A DNA stretch of 64,000 nt, taken from contig OX597819.1 in NCBI GenBank assembly GCA_951406725.2, positions 70,742,001 to 70,806,000 of the forward strand, written 5' to 3'. Positions within the stretch are counted from its first letter, which is position 1; the number at the start of each line of letters is the position of its first letter. A program made the position numbers and the translations under genes. The stretch comes from Octopus vulgaris. Its lineage: Eukaryota. The notes under the pieces are model-generated. The model worked only from the letters and a program-made list of their open reading frames with translations, made no database searches and was not told the origin of the DNA. Below, in pieces: positions 13,986 to 29,255 of the stretch.

Positions 13986-14450
13986 GTATTCAATATAACA
14001 AACGACCGTTTTGTTATGAACTGAGCTTAAAATCTACCTCATGTAGTTTAACGGCTAAAGCCAAAGGAGGAAAGGAACCTCGTTGTTCCCGAGCCATTAA
14101 TAGACTTACACGAAAAACGAAGAAGACTCTACGACGTCGTTATTCTTACAAGAAATGGCAGGAAGTATTTCTACGAATCTACTCCAAGCAGCGTAATAAA
14201 AAACAAAAAAAAAAAAAAAGAAGTGGGACATTTTTTGCCATTGTATGAATATACTGGAATGTTTTTCATAATAAAGCTGTGCAGTCATTTCTGACCTAGA
14301 GCTAAATAGTGACAACAACGAAGACTGTTTAACCGTGACCTTTACGACAGTCTTTTTTTTTTTAAAGACTGAGTCACAAGATCTCATTTTATTCTTTTGT
14401 CAATATCGTTTGTGTCTGCAGCTATACTTCTTTATCATTATTTTTTTTCA

Positions 14451-14488
<38 letters not shown>

Positions 14489-14613
14489 ACACACACACAC
14501 ACATACATGCTTACATTAGCACACACAAATTCAGAATACAGGCTCTATCTATCCAATTCTCTCTCTCTCTCTCTTATACATACATACATACATACATACA
14601 TACATACATTTAT

Positions 14614-14682
<69 letters not shown>

Positions 14683-14851
14683 TTAAAGGGAATAATTATA
14701 ATCTCCCCTTACGAGGTTTTTCACGCTGACTACTTGATAAATTCTTACAAGGATTATATCCTATTTCAAATATATATATATATATATATATGTCTGTGTG
14801 CATGTATGTGTGTGCATGTATGCATATATATTTATGCATATATATATGTGC

Positions 14852-14958
<107 letters not shown>

Positions 14959-16014
14959 TATATATATACACATATATATGTGTGTATATATAGATATATT
15001 ATATGTATATATAATAAAATATATAATGGTGTGTGTGCGCGGGTGTGTTTATATTAATGGATATTACTGTATCAAGTGCTATGACTCATAGGAGAGATTA
15101 GCCGGTTTCCATGGTGCATAATTAACCGAAATCCCAAATATACCCGTTAAGCGGTACGCCAGTCCACTGTAGAGCTACCCGATTACAGCTGAGTGAATTT
15201 GTGCAACGTGAAATGAAGTGTTTCGCTCAAGAACAACAACGTACCGCCCGGTTTGGGAATCGAAACCACAATTTTACAATCGTGAATGAAACTCTCTAAC
15301 CACGAAGCAACTAACTTCTTTCTTGACTAAAAAATGTTTAAAGCCTCGCTCAATTCTGAAACTTCGAAATATTTGTTTTAACCTCTTAATACATCCCGTA
15401 TATTTTCGTTCAGAGATGTCTAGTAAATATATATTTGGACGAAAATATACGTTCACTGTACTCTGAAGTATTTGTCACATATTTTTAACTCGAAATACCT
15501 CGTTCATGATGTTATTCCCGTTTTCTATCAATAACTTCATAATAAATCATAACTGATCCAAAATAATTTATGTATTTATTCTTCGTTATATACAGATGCA
15601 AAGTAAATAATATTAAAAAATATTTTTTGCTTGGATATTGAAAAAAAATGTTTGTGTTAAGACGTTGAAGGAACAATTCTGTAAACAGATCATATGTAAG
15701 ATTCGGTATTTGTTTTACTGTGCCATCAGAGCGTTGGGAGTCAGCCGGACAATATTCCCGCCTCTATAGTAACCTAATTACAGCCACAAATAAATTGTGC
15801 TTACAGGTAACGCTGTTACGATTGTAACTAAATCAGATAGACTACATCGCGTTATCAGTGGACAAGACACGAACTTTCGATCTATCAGCTGGTTAACTCC
15901 ACTGCTTACGTTTTTGCCCCAGATATAATAAATAATTAAAAAGGTGAAAAAACGAATAAAAATTTGCAGAGAACTCGATGCAGAGGTACAATATGAAAAT
16001 ATACCCTACACAAG

Positions 16015-16103
<89 letters not shown>

Positions 16104-16249
16104 AAGAAGAAGAAGAAGAAGAAGAAGAACAACAACAACAACAACAACAACAACGACAGCAACAACAACAACAACAATAATAATATTATAAAAGATCAGA
16201 CAAAAAGGATGTGTTTATTAATTGACATGAGTATTCCCTGTGATCACAA

Positions 16250-16572
16250 TATAGCCATGTGTTGAGAGGGATTCTTTGGGGTTTTAATAATTCACCTTTG
16301 GAAACATAGGTGTTTCGTTTAACATCCTTAAACAACCCTTATTCAGGGACCTTTTGAGCAGGATGGGTTACTCGACCTGAAAAAAATTCTAACTGGGCCC
16401 CACCTGCAAGGTCATGTGCTGTTTATCTTGATATGGGATCACCATGTCGCACACATGGTTGTGATGCATGTGCCTGGTGTACCCTTATCAGACGGGTAGT
16501 CATGATGGGTATACTGGGTTTTGTATATTTTACCCCAGTGTCACTTTGATGGCATGCACTGCTCTCTCACTC

Positions 16573-16575
<3 letters not shown>
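16250..16575 (+). mobile_element. Non-coding repeat ending in (AAT)n (second copy at ~50880-51330); probable 3' UTR or derivative of a Dong-like LINE
   Basis: Two diverged copies, both ending ...GCACTGCTCTCTCACTC followed by (AAT)n; preceded at 16190-16255 by LLIDMSIPCD. Confidence 0.6.
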
Positions 16576-16637
<62 letters not shown>

Positions 16638-17229
16638 TAATAATAATAATAATAAATGGCAAGTTTGTGTGTTTGTGAATTTGCTACTTTAACTTCCCCG
16701 AGCCTATCCAACAGACCTTGAATAAACTTGACACGTGTGGGGGGATTATGCCCATGCGGTCACTTACGCACTTGGAATTTTTTAAAAATCGGTTTTTAAT
16801 CAGCATCGATTTTTCAAAAATCGTAAAACTTCGGCATATTTCGCACTAACTATCGTGACATCAATTTGACGAAAAAAGTGTGAAATTTGACGAAAAATGC
16901 TTCATGGGTATAAACAGACAGCTTTTTAACGGTAATCTATTTAGCATTTGCTAATTCTTCATTTCAATGCGAATTGTTCTGATTTGCTAAAACTTAATAT
17001 TTCAATTCGTTGTTTTAATTCCACAGCGTTTCAGGTTTTGATTAGGTAAGAGCATTTTATTTCTCAAGCAAATATATATATACATACATATAAATACATA
17101 CATATATATACATACATACATACATTCATACATGCACACATACATACATACATACATACATACATACATACATACATACATACATACATACATACATACA
17201 TACATACATGCATACATACATACATACAT

Positions 17230-17548
17230 ATTTTTTTAATGTTTTGTTTTGTATGGAGAGACCACAGGGGGTAGCAGTATTCGCGGTTTGGCCGTACGAA
17301 GGAGGAGAAATTATGACACCTTGTTCTCTGGACCAGAAGGTTCTGAGGATCCAGGAGCTCATCTTACAAGCTATATCGACTTTATTGTTGATGTGGATAC
17401 TCCAGCTGAGATTGTTGTTAGCGATTACTCCAAGGTCTCTGATATTATTAGCAGCTGTGAGTAGTTCACCTGAAGGAAGAGAGTATGGCTGTTTTAGCAT
17501 AGGCTTTTTTTCCAAAATGCTTCAGCTCAAATTTTCCCTCGTTTTGTT
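17230..17548 (-). mobile_element. CR1-like LINE RT C-terminal fragment
   Basis: IRDLGVIANNNLSWSIHINNKV..WILRTF. Confidence 0.75.
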
Positions 17549-17622
17549 TTTGTATGTATGTATGTATGTATGTATGTATGTATGTATGTATGTATGTATG
17601 TATGTATGTATGTATGTATGTA

Positions 17623-18270
17623 TGACAACAACAAAAATCAACGAGCCACAATCTCTGCTGGTTTGCTTGCTCGTCACCGCTCAACTCATAGACACAAGCA
17701 ACGATTTCTTTACCGAATCGTTACTGGCGACGGAAAAATGGTGCGTGTACATCAATATGAAATAGCGTAAGGAATGGCTTAGCCCTGGTAAACAAGCGAC
17801 ACTGCGTGTGAAACAAGTTGTTCATCAGCGTAAAACGAGGTTGTGTGTATGGTGGGACTGGGAAAGGATTATCTATTACGAAGTGCTTGAACGGAACCAA
17901 ACGGTCAACGCGGAACTCTATGTTCAACAGATGGAACGACTCAACATAGCTATTTAAGAGAAGAGACCTAAACATCAGCATGGAGTTCTGCTGCACGACA
18001 ACGCCCGCCCTCATATCACCAATATGACCAAGGAAGCCATTCAAACGCATGGCTGAGAAGTGCTGCCACACCCGCCGTACTCTCCTGATTTGGCACCAAC
18101 GGATTTCCACATCTTTTGATCTCTTTCAAATGCTATGCGCAGAGTTTCGTTCAATACTGATGCAGAGTTGAGAGCATGGTTGGATCAATTTTTCGAGTCG
18201 AAATCGGGTGATTTCTACCAACGAGGTATTGGAAAACAACAAGGGTGAATACATTATTTTAAATTTAAAA
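17623..18270 (+). mobile_element. Inverted duplicate of the 3' part of the same mariner pseudogene
   Basis: Near-identical reverse complement of ~19655-20303, with the same stop codons. Confidence 0.9.
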
Positions 18271-18323
18271 CCTTATACATACATGCATACATACATACAT
18301 ACATACATACATACATACATACA

Positions 18324-18355
<32 letters not shown>

Positions 18356-18551
18356 GGAGTCACAAGAATTTTTGACTCCTATTTCTAGCAAAGTTGGTGC
18401 TTCTTAGTGCCCGTGTTATATATAATTCTTACATATCTATTTATTTTGTTAATACGGTTTAAACTTGCGGCTACTAACATTGTTATCTCTCGTGTGTAAT
18501 AATATTCTTTATATATTTACACACACGCACACAAACAGTCATAAACACTCA

Positions 18552-18608
<57 letters not shown>

Positions 18609-19328
18609 GCATTTTGAAGAAAAGAAGCTTCCTTCCCAATCACATGGTTCCGGGTTCAGTCCCACTGCATGTCACCTTAGGGAAGCGTCTTCTACTATAG
18701 TCTCGGGCCGACCCAAGCCTTGTAAGTGGATTTGGTAGACGGAAACTGAAACAAACCCGTCGTGTATATATTTATATATGTACATATATTTATGTGTGCG
18801 TCTTTATGTCTGTGTTTGTCCGTCCATCATCGCTTGACAACAGATGTTGGTGTGTTTATGTCCATGAAACTTAGCGGTTCGGCAAAAGTTAACGATAGAA
18901 TACGTAGTAGGCTTACAAAGAATAAGTCCTGGGGTCGATTTGCTTGACTTAAAGCGGTGTTCCAGCATGGCCGCAATCAAATAACTGAAACGTGTAAAAG
19001 AGAATATATATATATATATATAATACAAAAATGGGACAAGAACGCAAAACATCCAGACAGTTAGGCGATACAAAAAAGGGACTAGGTCTATGTAGTAACA
19101 CTACTGAATAGTGAAGCTAATTTTCCAACATAACGTGGCAGTCCCAAATAAGATTATGTTACTATTTTTTAACCCAAGAAAACATCTTTTCCAGCTGGTT
19201 TATCGAGACATGATCTGTGTCCGAGACATTGTAAGTAAGGAGACTTACCGCTCCCTTCTAGCCGTTGGCAGTACCAGCAGACCATACATATTTGTGTGCG
19301 CGCGGGCGTGTACGTGTGTGTGTGTACA

Positions 19329-19378
<50 letters not shown>

Positions 19379-19558
19379 TGAGTGTTTATGACTGTTTGTG
19401 TGCGTGTGTGTAAATATATAAAGAATATTATTACACATGAGAGATAACAATGTTAGTAGCCGCAAGTTTAAACCGTATTAACAAAATAAATAGATATGTA
19501 AGAATTATAAGAAGCACCAACTTTGCTAGAAATAGGAGTCAAAAATTCTTGTGACTCC

Positions 19559-19590
<32 letters not shown>

Positions 19591-19659
19591 TGTATGTATG
19601 TATGTATGTATGTATGTATGTATGTATGTATGTATGTATGCATGTATGTATAAGGTTTT

Positions 19660-20672
19660 AAATTTAAAATAATGTATTCACCCTTGTTGTTTTCCAATAC
19701 CTCGTTGGTAGAAATCACCCGATTTCGACTCGAAAAATTGATCCAACCATGCTCTCAACTCTGCATCAGTATTGAACGAAACTCTGCGCATAGCATTTGA
19801 AAGAGATCAAAAGATGTGGAAATCCGTTGGTGCCAAATCAGGAGAGTACGGCGGGTGTGGCAGCACTTCTCAGCCATGCGTTTGAATGGCTTCCTTGGTC
19901 ATATTGGTGATATGAGGGCGGGCGTTGTCGTGCAGCAGAACTCCATGCTGATGTTTAGGTCTCTTCTCTTAAATAGCTATGTTGAGTCGTTCCATCTGTT
20001 GAACATAGAGTTCCGCGTTGACCGTTTGGTTCCGTTCAAGCACTTCGTAATAGATAATCCTTTCCCAGTCCCACCATACACACAACCTCGTTTTACGCTG
20101 ATGAACAACTTGTTTCACACGCAGTGTCGCTTGTTTACCAGGGCTAAGCCATTCCTTACGCTACTTCATATTGATGTACACGCACCATTTTTCCGTCGCC
20201 AGTAACGATTCGGTAAAGAAATCGTTGCTTGTGTCTATGAGTTGAGCGGTGACGAGCAAGCAAACCAGCAGAGATTGTGGCTCGTTGATTTTTGTTGTTG
20301 TCACTTAAAGCATGCAAAACCTATGCTCCATACTTCTGAACCTTTTCCATCGAGTGAAGATGCTTCTCTATAGCGGTGTGGCAGCATTCCATTTTCTCTG
20401 CCAGTTCCCTTGTCGTTTGACGAGAATTTTTGTGCAAAATTTGGTTTAATCGCTCTTCATTGAACTCAACTGGACGGCCAGAACGAGATGCGTCTTTGAG
20501 GTCAAGATTTCCATTTTTGAACTTGGCATACCAATCACGAGCAGTTCTTTCAGCTATGGCACCCTCTCCATACACAAATGTCACGAGCAGCTTTTGCGGC
20601 CTTAGAACTTTGATTAAAAACAAAAAAAAGGAGGTGTTGAAAATGCTCGTTTTTCTTAACTTGACATTCCAT
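19660..20672 (-). mobile_element. mariner (DD34D) transposase pseudogene, near full length
   Basis: WYAKFKNG..LKDASRSGRP HTH, IVTGDGKW, HDNARPH and YSPDLAPTD motifs; in-frame stops and frameshift. Confidence 0.92.
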
Positions 20673-21229
20673 TTTAATGATCTAACCACACAGCTACGCC
20701 TGCGTCTACAGTAGAAGAAACTCAACTAAGGTACCGCGTAGTGGGATTGAACCCGAGACCACATGGTAGACAAACAAGATTTTTAACTATACAGCCATGA
20801 CTAATACCTTTAGATAATTTATTCTCGTCTATGTTTTGCTCCATGCTCTAATTTTTATATTTTATTTATTTTTTTTGTTGGAATTTCACCTTTAGCTATT
20901 TGGGTTTTCCTTTTTTATCTTGACAATCCTGATCTTTCAATGATGACCTTTAAGAGCTTTGGGAGATGACCTTTTCCCGCCATTGTAATCTCTTTAAAAG
21001 AAACGTTAATAACGAGAAGAATTGTCTAGATTCAGCATAAATCAAACGAGAGAGAGAAGTGGATGGGTTGGTGTGGGAAAGAGTGAAAGAGAGAAAGAAA
21101 GAGAGATGGGACAAGTAAAAAAAATACCGTTCCACCTGGAGATGAGTTGAATGAAGATAATGGGGAAATCTAACAATAGACATGTTAATATCGATTAAGA
21201 ACAGAGCGTTGGCACACTACTACTACTAT

Positions 21230-21295
<66 letters not shown>

Positions 21296-21308
21296 CACTA
21301 CCACTAAC

Positions 21309-21341
<33 letters not shown>

Positions 21342-21554
21342 CCTTTCTATTGGAAGTACAAGGCCTCAAATTTGGGGGAAGGGGTGAAGTCGATTAGATC
21401 GACCCCGGTACCTAACTGGTACTTAATCTATCGACCCCGAAAGGATGAAAGGCAAAGTCGACCGCAGTGGAATTTGAACTCAGAACGTAGCGGCAGACGA
21501 AATACCGCTAAGCATTTCGCCCAGCGTGCTAACGATTCTGCCAGCTCACAAGCC

Positions 21555-21633
<79 letters not shown>

Positions 21634-21657
21634 CAACAACAACAACAACAACAATAA

Positions 21658-22100
21658 TGATTTTATGAGTCAGTGCGAGCATGAGATAGAGAATAGGAAG
21701 CCAGACATAGTTTTAATTGAGAAAGATACCAAACTATGCTGGATCATAGATATAGCATGCCCAGCTGACAATAAGGTATGCGATAAGGAAGAAAGAAAAG
21801 TCGAGAGATATGATAGGTTAGTTTGGGTAGTTTAGGCAGTCGTGGTCGATGAAAAAGGTAGCAGTAGTACCAATAATTGTCGGAGCCCTGGGAACAGTGA
21901 GTAAAAATCTCGAGAAGTACATGGAACAAACAGGAGCTGGAATAAAGGTGGAGCACTTGCTGAAAACAGCACTGCTTGGAACCGCTCGAATACTCCGGAA
22001 GGTGCTCGAAAAGTAAGAGGTGTTACCTTTGTTCGCTGGTAGTGAACAGCTGACACCGTAGTACATCTCCAGCGTTAGAAGCTATGCAAATGCAATGATG
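21658..22100 (+). mobile_element. R4/Dong-like LINE 3' end (restriction-like endonuclease domain) between (AAT)n tracts
   Basis: ENRKPDIVLIEK..CWIIDIACP..KVERY..VVPIIVGALG..ALLGTARILRKVL*. Confidence 0.85.
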
Positions 22101-22109
22101 ATGATGATG

Positions 22110-22225
<116 letters not shown>

Positions 22226-22269
22226 AATAAATAAATTAATTAATTAATTCGAAATAGAGGCTGTGTTAA

Positions 22270-23752
22270 TGAGGCCCAGATGCATATAATCAGGAAAAGC
22301 CTCTGTTGAGTTGAGAATCTCGAGAATAACATAGGTGAAAATTAGCGAATGCGTTGTGGAGGAGAGGCCGGCCAATCAATATAATGTAGAAAACTCCTGA
22401 AAAAAGAGAGGATATAACTGAGGAACAGAGAAACCTCAGGAAAACACTCGAGTATATAATGGTTACAAGAACAGACACCAAGCCGTGAATCTAAGAAGCT
22501 TCGACCGTAACAATGTGAAATACGCGACCCAAATTGTGGATAAGATGTTGAAATACATTCTGACAAAAGATCTAACGGAAACAAGGGACTTGATCAGATC
22601 CGCTTCAGGTTTAGTAGGTGAACTGGTTGGAAAGAAAGAGAGGAAAGTAGATGGTGGAAGCGGAGAATTGAAGGCGATATTCTAACTTTGCCCAAAGATC
22701 TGAGCCGCATAGAAGAGTGGTCCAAAGAGCAATGGGAAAATGGAAAAGAAAATGCAAAGGCATACCTTGATGCGAAGTGCCAAATAGAAGAGAAATGGTT
22801 TAAAACTCATCAAAATCCTAAAACAACACGTGCGGGCTAAAGCATTAAAGTTGCAGCAAACCAGAGGCAGTTTTTTAAGGGCTTATGAAGGAATACAGAA
22901 TATAATACACCCCGTGAAGCAGAAGAAACCCGCTAATTTTGGAATCACATCTAGGAGCAAGAAGTTACGCATAACTGCAGTGCCGAGTGGATTCGTTCCG
23001 TGAAATCCGAATTCCATCACCTGGAGGTTCCGCGACAGGACCATGTGCGCATAACAATATCATTGCACAGATATCAAAACTGCCAAATTGGAAAGCAGTA
23101 GGGCGGGACGGAATTCAAGGTTACTGGTTCAATGTTACTGGTTTAGGTCAATACACAAGAGAATTGCGTTGCAATTAGACAATTGCCTACAGAGCGGTGC
23201 CTTCCCGGAGTGGATGGTTGAGGGAAGAATAACAACATTGTTAATGAAAGATTGGTCAAAGGGCAATGAGGTTGGCAATTACCGACCCATTGCTTGTCTT
23301 AACCTACTATGGAAATTATTAATAGGTATCTTCGCAGGAAAAATATATACGTCCTTGTGGAAAACAATCTACTGATAGTAGAACATAAGGGATGCCAAAA
23401 AGGAGCAAAGGGCACCAAGGACCACCTGTGATAGACAAGGTTATAATGAAGAACTGTTAACGGTACCAAAAAAAAATTATGCATGGCTTGGATAGACTTC
23501 TAAAAGGCTTACGACAAATACTGTCAGATCATAGATGTAGCCATACCAAATGACATGAATGTTGTGAGTAAAGAGGTGGAAAAAATCACTTAGTACTCCG
23601 AATTGAAAGTGGAAATGGCAAGACTGTATGGAATGCGCGAGGGTAATGTAAAAGTGATACCAGTGGTTATCAGAGCGTTTGGCTCAATCCCATTGAAACT
23701 TCAAAACTTCTTAAGGCAACTGGAAATCCCATGCAAGATTAATGTCTTGCAA
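22270..23752 (+). mobile_element. Decayed, internally deleted R4/Dong-like LINE (RT N-terminal part joined to endonuclease domain), followed by (AAT)n
   Basis: LPNWKAVGRDGIQGYWF, NYRPIACLNLLWKL, MAWIDF.KAYD, then IIDVAIP..VIPVVI. Confidence 0.8.
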
Positions 23753-23839
<87 letters not shown>

Positions 23840-24269
23840 TATAATAATAATAATAATATAAATAATAATAATAATAGTGTTATCATGTACCTATTCCGTC
23901 TTGGTATAAAAGATGGGCTACAGCAAATATTCTGCTCAGTAGCAAGGTGTCAGGTGCCGGGTTAACTCTATCATCCAAGGTTCAAGTCTATATGAAGATG
24001 ACTGAACCTTTATTGATGGGCTTTCTGAACAAATAGGGACCGAACTCCCCACCCGGCCCACCGTATCAAAAATGGTTTCATATGAATTTATTTCATTCGG
24101 GATCGGCTAATAAAAAAAGAAACAATGAATAAATGAATGAATGAAAAAAGAGAAACAAACAAACAAACAAGAAAAATGAATGATGAACAAGTGAAAGAGG
24201 AAGAAAGAAAGAAAGAACGAAAGAAAGGGAGAAAGAACAATTGAAAGAGAAAGAAAGGAAAAAGAAAAC

Positions 24270-24354
<85 letters not shown>

Positions 24355-24795
24355 CAGAATGGATGAAAAGCAGAAAGAAAAAAGAACGAAAGGAAAAGAG
24401 AAGAAGAAAGGAAGGAAGAAAGGAAAGGGAAGAAGAGAAGAGAGAGAGGGAGGAAGAAAAGTAATGTAATCTCATAATTTGATCCTAAATGCCGTTCCTT
24501 TTGTGGTTTTAATGATAAGGTTTCTAACAAACAGGGAGCAGGGTGATTTACAAATCGCAGTGGTATTTTGTAGGGTTAGAGCAGCAGCAGCGGTGGCGGC
24601 AGCAGCAGTAGTAACGGTAGTTGTAGAATTTACATGGAAGCGAAATCCATCAGTTTAGCTCTGCTTCGGAAAAAGGGGAAAAATAGATACATGTGGAAGC
24701 ACCTTAAGTATAAAGGGAGAGGAAAGAAAATCAGTCAGATAGATAGAGAGACAGAAGTCACACAGACTGACTAACTGACTAACAGACAGACAGAC

Positions 24796-24881
<86 letters not shown>

Positions 24882-24951
24882 AGAGAGGAGAGATAAAGAG
24901 AGAGGAGAGATAAAGAGAGAGGGAGAGATAAACCGATAGATAGACAGATAA

Positions 24952-24983
<32 letters not shown>

Positions 24984-25391
24984 GGGGGATAGAGCGAGAT
25001 AGATAGAAACATACATACATACATGCATACATACGTACATACATACTACATACATACATACATACATTCAATCATATATACGTATAAACAAACATGCATA
25101 CATACATACATAAGAAGAGTGTCAAATTCTATAAAAGGGCAAAAAAAGGTACAAATAAAAATTCGTATAATCCTTTACCGTTGTTTACTGCTTATTCTAA
25201 ATGCTTAATTCAGAATATATTTCGATAATACAGTAATTAACCACAAAGATTAATATTAAGGAGATTTGAAACAAAGAGGGACAAAAGAAATCGTTTCGTA
25301 CCATCTCTAAAGAAACGAACACGACGAAGGTAGAAGGATTCTCCGGCATCTCATCAGTTAATAAGACAAACGCTATTATTATTAATACCTT

Positions 25392-25490
<99 letters not shown>

Positions 25491-25811
25491 TAATAACAGA
25501 AGGAGGAATTTGGATTATCCCCACGTAGTGAGTTGTAAGGAAAATACGCACACTTACTTAGTTTTAATATAATTTTTAATATATCGACCGGTTTCGCTAT
25601 CGCTATTCATGATATTATATTTTACTTATTTGAATATGTATTTTTTCTTAAGAAGAAATTTTGTCCATGCTGTGTGTGATGATATTTACGAGTGAATGAC
25701 TCCACAAGTAGATGAATAAGGGGAGGTAATCGGTTATCGTTATTATTGTTATTGTTGTGGGTAAGGGAGATAACTGGAGATAACTGTTCAGCTTTCGGTA
25801 ATGGGAGGGGA

Positions 25812-25881
<70 letters not shown>

Positions 25882-25990
25882 TTATTTATTTATATACCGA
25901 CGAAACAAATTTTTAAAACCTTGTTTAGTGAGGGGATTTATATACAGTGATGTAATAGCGAATTCAAATATGTAAAAAGATAAAAGTTTG

Positions 25991-26570
25991 TTATGCGTGC
26001 ATATTAACACGTGTTCTGTATTTTTCAATGTAAAAAGATTCTTTATTTAAACGTTCTTGTGGAGATATTGTGTCTTTGCAATGGTAGAAGGAGAAGACTG
26101 AAAAATTTGGTTTGATGTTATCTGCATGTTTTTCTATATGTTCACTAAAAGGAATTTGCTTGTATTGCGGAAAACGGATTTGCTCTTTATGTAGAGTGGT
26201 TCTCTTTCTCAAGGTCATACTCGTTTGTCCAATATAGTTGTGTCCGTAACTCGAGCAGGTTATTACATAAATTAGGTTCTCAGAGGCACAAGTGAAACTA
26301 GTTTTAATTGTGAACCTCTGTCCTTGTTTGAAAAGGAATTCCGAGCCTTCAAGTTAGTTGGGGCAGGTTCCACAATATGGGCGTCCACATTTTTCAACCG
26401 TTGGTTTCGCGGTTGTTTTGTAAATCTTCGCATTTGTTAGTAGTCTCATTAGCGATTTGTCTTGTTTTTTGGCATTTGATGAGTTTGTGTTTTCAGGATG
26501 TCGTTCATTTTTGGATCACTTTACTAACTAGAGATCCCAAAATGAACGACATCCTGAAAACATAGAAACA
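25991..26570 (-). mobile_element. Penelope-like element C-terminal GIY-YIG endonuclease fragment
   Basis: FTCASENLIYVITC..GHNYIGQTSMTLRKR..HK...ERLNKESFYI. Confidence 0.85.
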
Positions 26571-26641
26571 CACTCGTTAATTTCTCGAGCAGGTTGTGTC
26601 ATTGACTGAATCTCTCTTTGTCGTAAATGATAGGGTACCAG

Positions 26642-26692
<51 letters not shown>

Positions 26693-26795
26693 TCTGTTTT
26701 GTGTTAGCAAAATGTAATACATATACATGCACTCACTCAGACATATTTATCTAGGTATATATGTGAGTGTGTGTGTATGTGTGTATGTGCGTGAG

Positions 26796-26835
<40 letters not shown>

Positions 26836-26959
26836 TATACATACATATACATACATATATATATACACGATTATATATATGTGTATGTATATATATATAC
26901 ATATATATACATGCATATACATACATATATATACACATGATTATATATATATATATGTG

Positions 26960-27005
<46 letters not shown>

Positions 27006-27312
27006 ATGCATGCATATTTATATATTCGTAAATGCATATATCTGAATATGCATGTGTGTGTGTGTACTTGTGTATCCATTTACACCACGGCAATGATGAC
27101 GAGACCATGAAATGGAATGCGTCTGCGAAGCCAAACCTCGGTCATCTGTCGAAGCAGCTTTATGCAGCACATTTCAACTGGTTTTGCCTGTCAAATGCAA
27201 GGTTTGGTTTGTAGTTTATGGCTGTGTCACCATTGCAGTAATGGAGGAAACGAGCGAGCAGATGGTGGGTGATGGATGGCGGCATGTGTCAATCATTGGA
27301 CTGTGTGCGCGT

Positions 27313-27397
<85 letters not shown>

Positions 27398-28430
27398 TAT
27401 GCTGGGTGGGTGTCAGGGTGAAAGACGATGGCAGACGAGAAGTGCAATATGTCGATTTATGACACGAAGCTAACATATTACGAAATCCAGTTCGGAGCCA
27501 AGACTCCTGAGTTGGCATCGACTCCAGAAACGGACGCACAGACGCAGAAACGGACAAACACAGAAACAGACACAGACACACGCACATACATGCATATACA
27601 TAGATACACACATACATACATACATACATACATACAAACAGACAATCGGACTGACAGACAGACAAATAGGTAAGCAGATATATATATATATATTATATAT
27701 ACACTTTCGTGTATTCATATGTAATATATTATATAATATATATATAATGTGTATATATATATGTATATATATGTAAGTATGTATGTATGTATGTATGCAT
27801 GTATGTATGTATGTTATGTATGTACGTATACACACACACATGCCTCACTCGCCGCTGGCTATGACTAACCAGGTTACGCACACTCACACATACGTGCACG
27901 CATCGGTGGTCACCAGTTATGATTAACGGAGCTGCACACACACACACACACACACACATTCACACGTATACACACACACACACACACACACATTTACAAA
28001 CACATTTATGGACGCACAAATAAAGTGCTGTCACTAGTTGCGAGTAACCGTACTTAAAATTATTCCATAAACTTCTCATCTGAGATGTGCCTGTTAGAGA
28101 GTATCTGTCTGTCTGACTGTCTGTCTCATTATCTGTATGTCTGTCTGTCTCTCCCACCCATCTCTCTCTCTGTCTATCTGTCTATCTATCTGTGTACACA
28201 TATATACATATATCTTTGTATACGATGTGTGTCGAATTTATGGAAAAAAGTCCAATAGTTAAAAATGGAGAAGACGAGTCGTTAAAATATATAAGAGAAT
28301 TTTTATTTTATATACATACACCCTTTCAAAATCATCAACTATGTAATTGTTGAATAATTTGCTTAAAATTTCAATTTTAAACTGTTCCGCTCCAGTTTAT
28401 TGAAAGTAATGGCTTTAATGAAATAACCAT

Positions 28431-28501
<71 letters not shown>

Positions 28502-28751
28502 TTGATATATACTTAGCCTTGTTTGGAGAAGCAGGTTAGACAATGAAGCTCTCTGTTGTATCTCAAATAAGCAATAGTGAGTGAAAACGACCCACTGAAT
28601 GTTTAGATTTCATTGGCTGCTAACTACGGGTGCTTCGGAATTATGGGTAAGGAGAGTAAGCATCATAGAAGTGGGTCAATGGAATCGAAATTGATTTGCC
28701 GATATGTGGAAATATTGTCATGTAAATAAGGTAAGAATGACCGGAGCTTAC

Positions 28752-29255
28752 GGTGACGAATACAAAGGGCCGAAACTGGGCTTGTCGAAGGATCTCGGTT
28801 GTAAATTTATTCGATAGGTGCGTAGCTCAGCAATCAGAGAGTCTCTCCAGACCGAACTACTCCTTTTCTGCATTGAACGATCACGGTATGCGGACTTGCG
28901 ATAAAAATGTCGCAGGAAAGAATCACTAAACGGGTAGTTTAAGCCGAACAAAGAACGGAATGGTTGGACAATATCCTTAGTATCTGTCAATCTTTGGAAT
29001 CCAGCCGGAGAATCTGATGCCGTTTGTTTCTGATTGGACCCTGTGGACGAGGTGTCTTACCTCCATGACACTCTCGGGAGTTGTGAGTGGTGAAGATAGA
29101 CGGACGAATGGACTCTTATATCATATTTACTTTACCTTAAAGTCCTCAACTCATTCAGTGAGCTGTAGGGGTGCCATCGGTTGACCAGATATCTTGAGTA
29201 TTTTCAGGGTTGGCGATGCCCGTCCTTTTCGATGTGTGACCATAACTAATTTCTT
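28752..29255 (-). other. Candidate host-gene exon (mostly 5' UTR; possible ATG at 28873 giving MQKRSSSVWRDSLIAELRTYRINLQPRSFDKPSFGPLYSS...)
   Basis: Strong acceptor (TCTCTTCTCTCACTTTGTCTGCTTGTCTTTTTCTCTCCCAG|) and donor (|GTAAGC); unique, GC-balanced sequence. Confidence 0.4.

Noticed and set aside
17721-20205. 129-aa ORFs MEIRWCQIRR... (two copies)
   Set aside because: Antisense frame of the mariner transposase pseudogene
25285-25612. Hammerhead-like fragments downstream of the GIY-YIG relic (CTGATGA..GAAAC at ~25290-25358 and GAAACCGGTC at ~25585), plus similar ones at ~45955-45985 and ~587
   Set aside because: Incomplete cores or missing stem I; plausible decayed relics but not supportable as features
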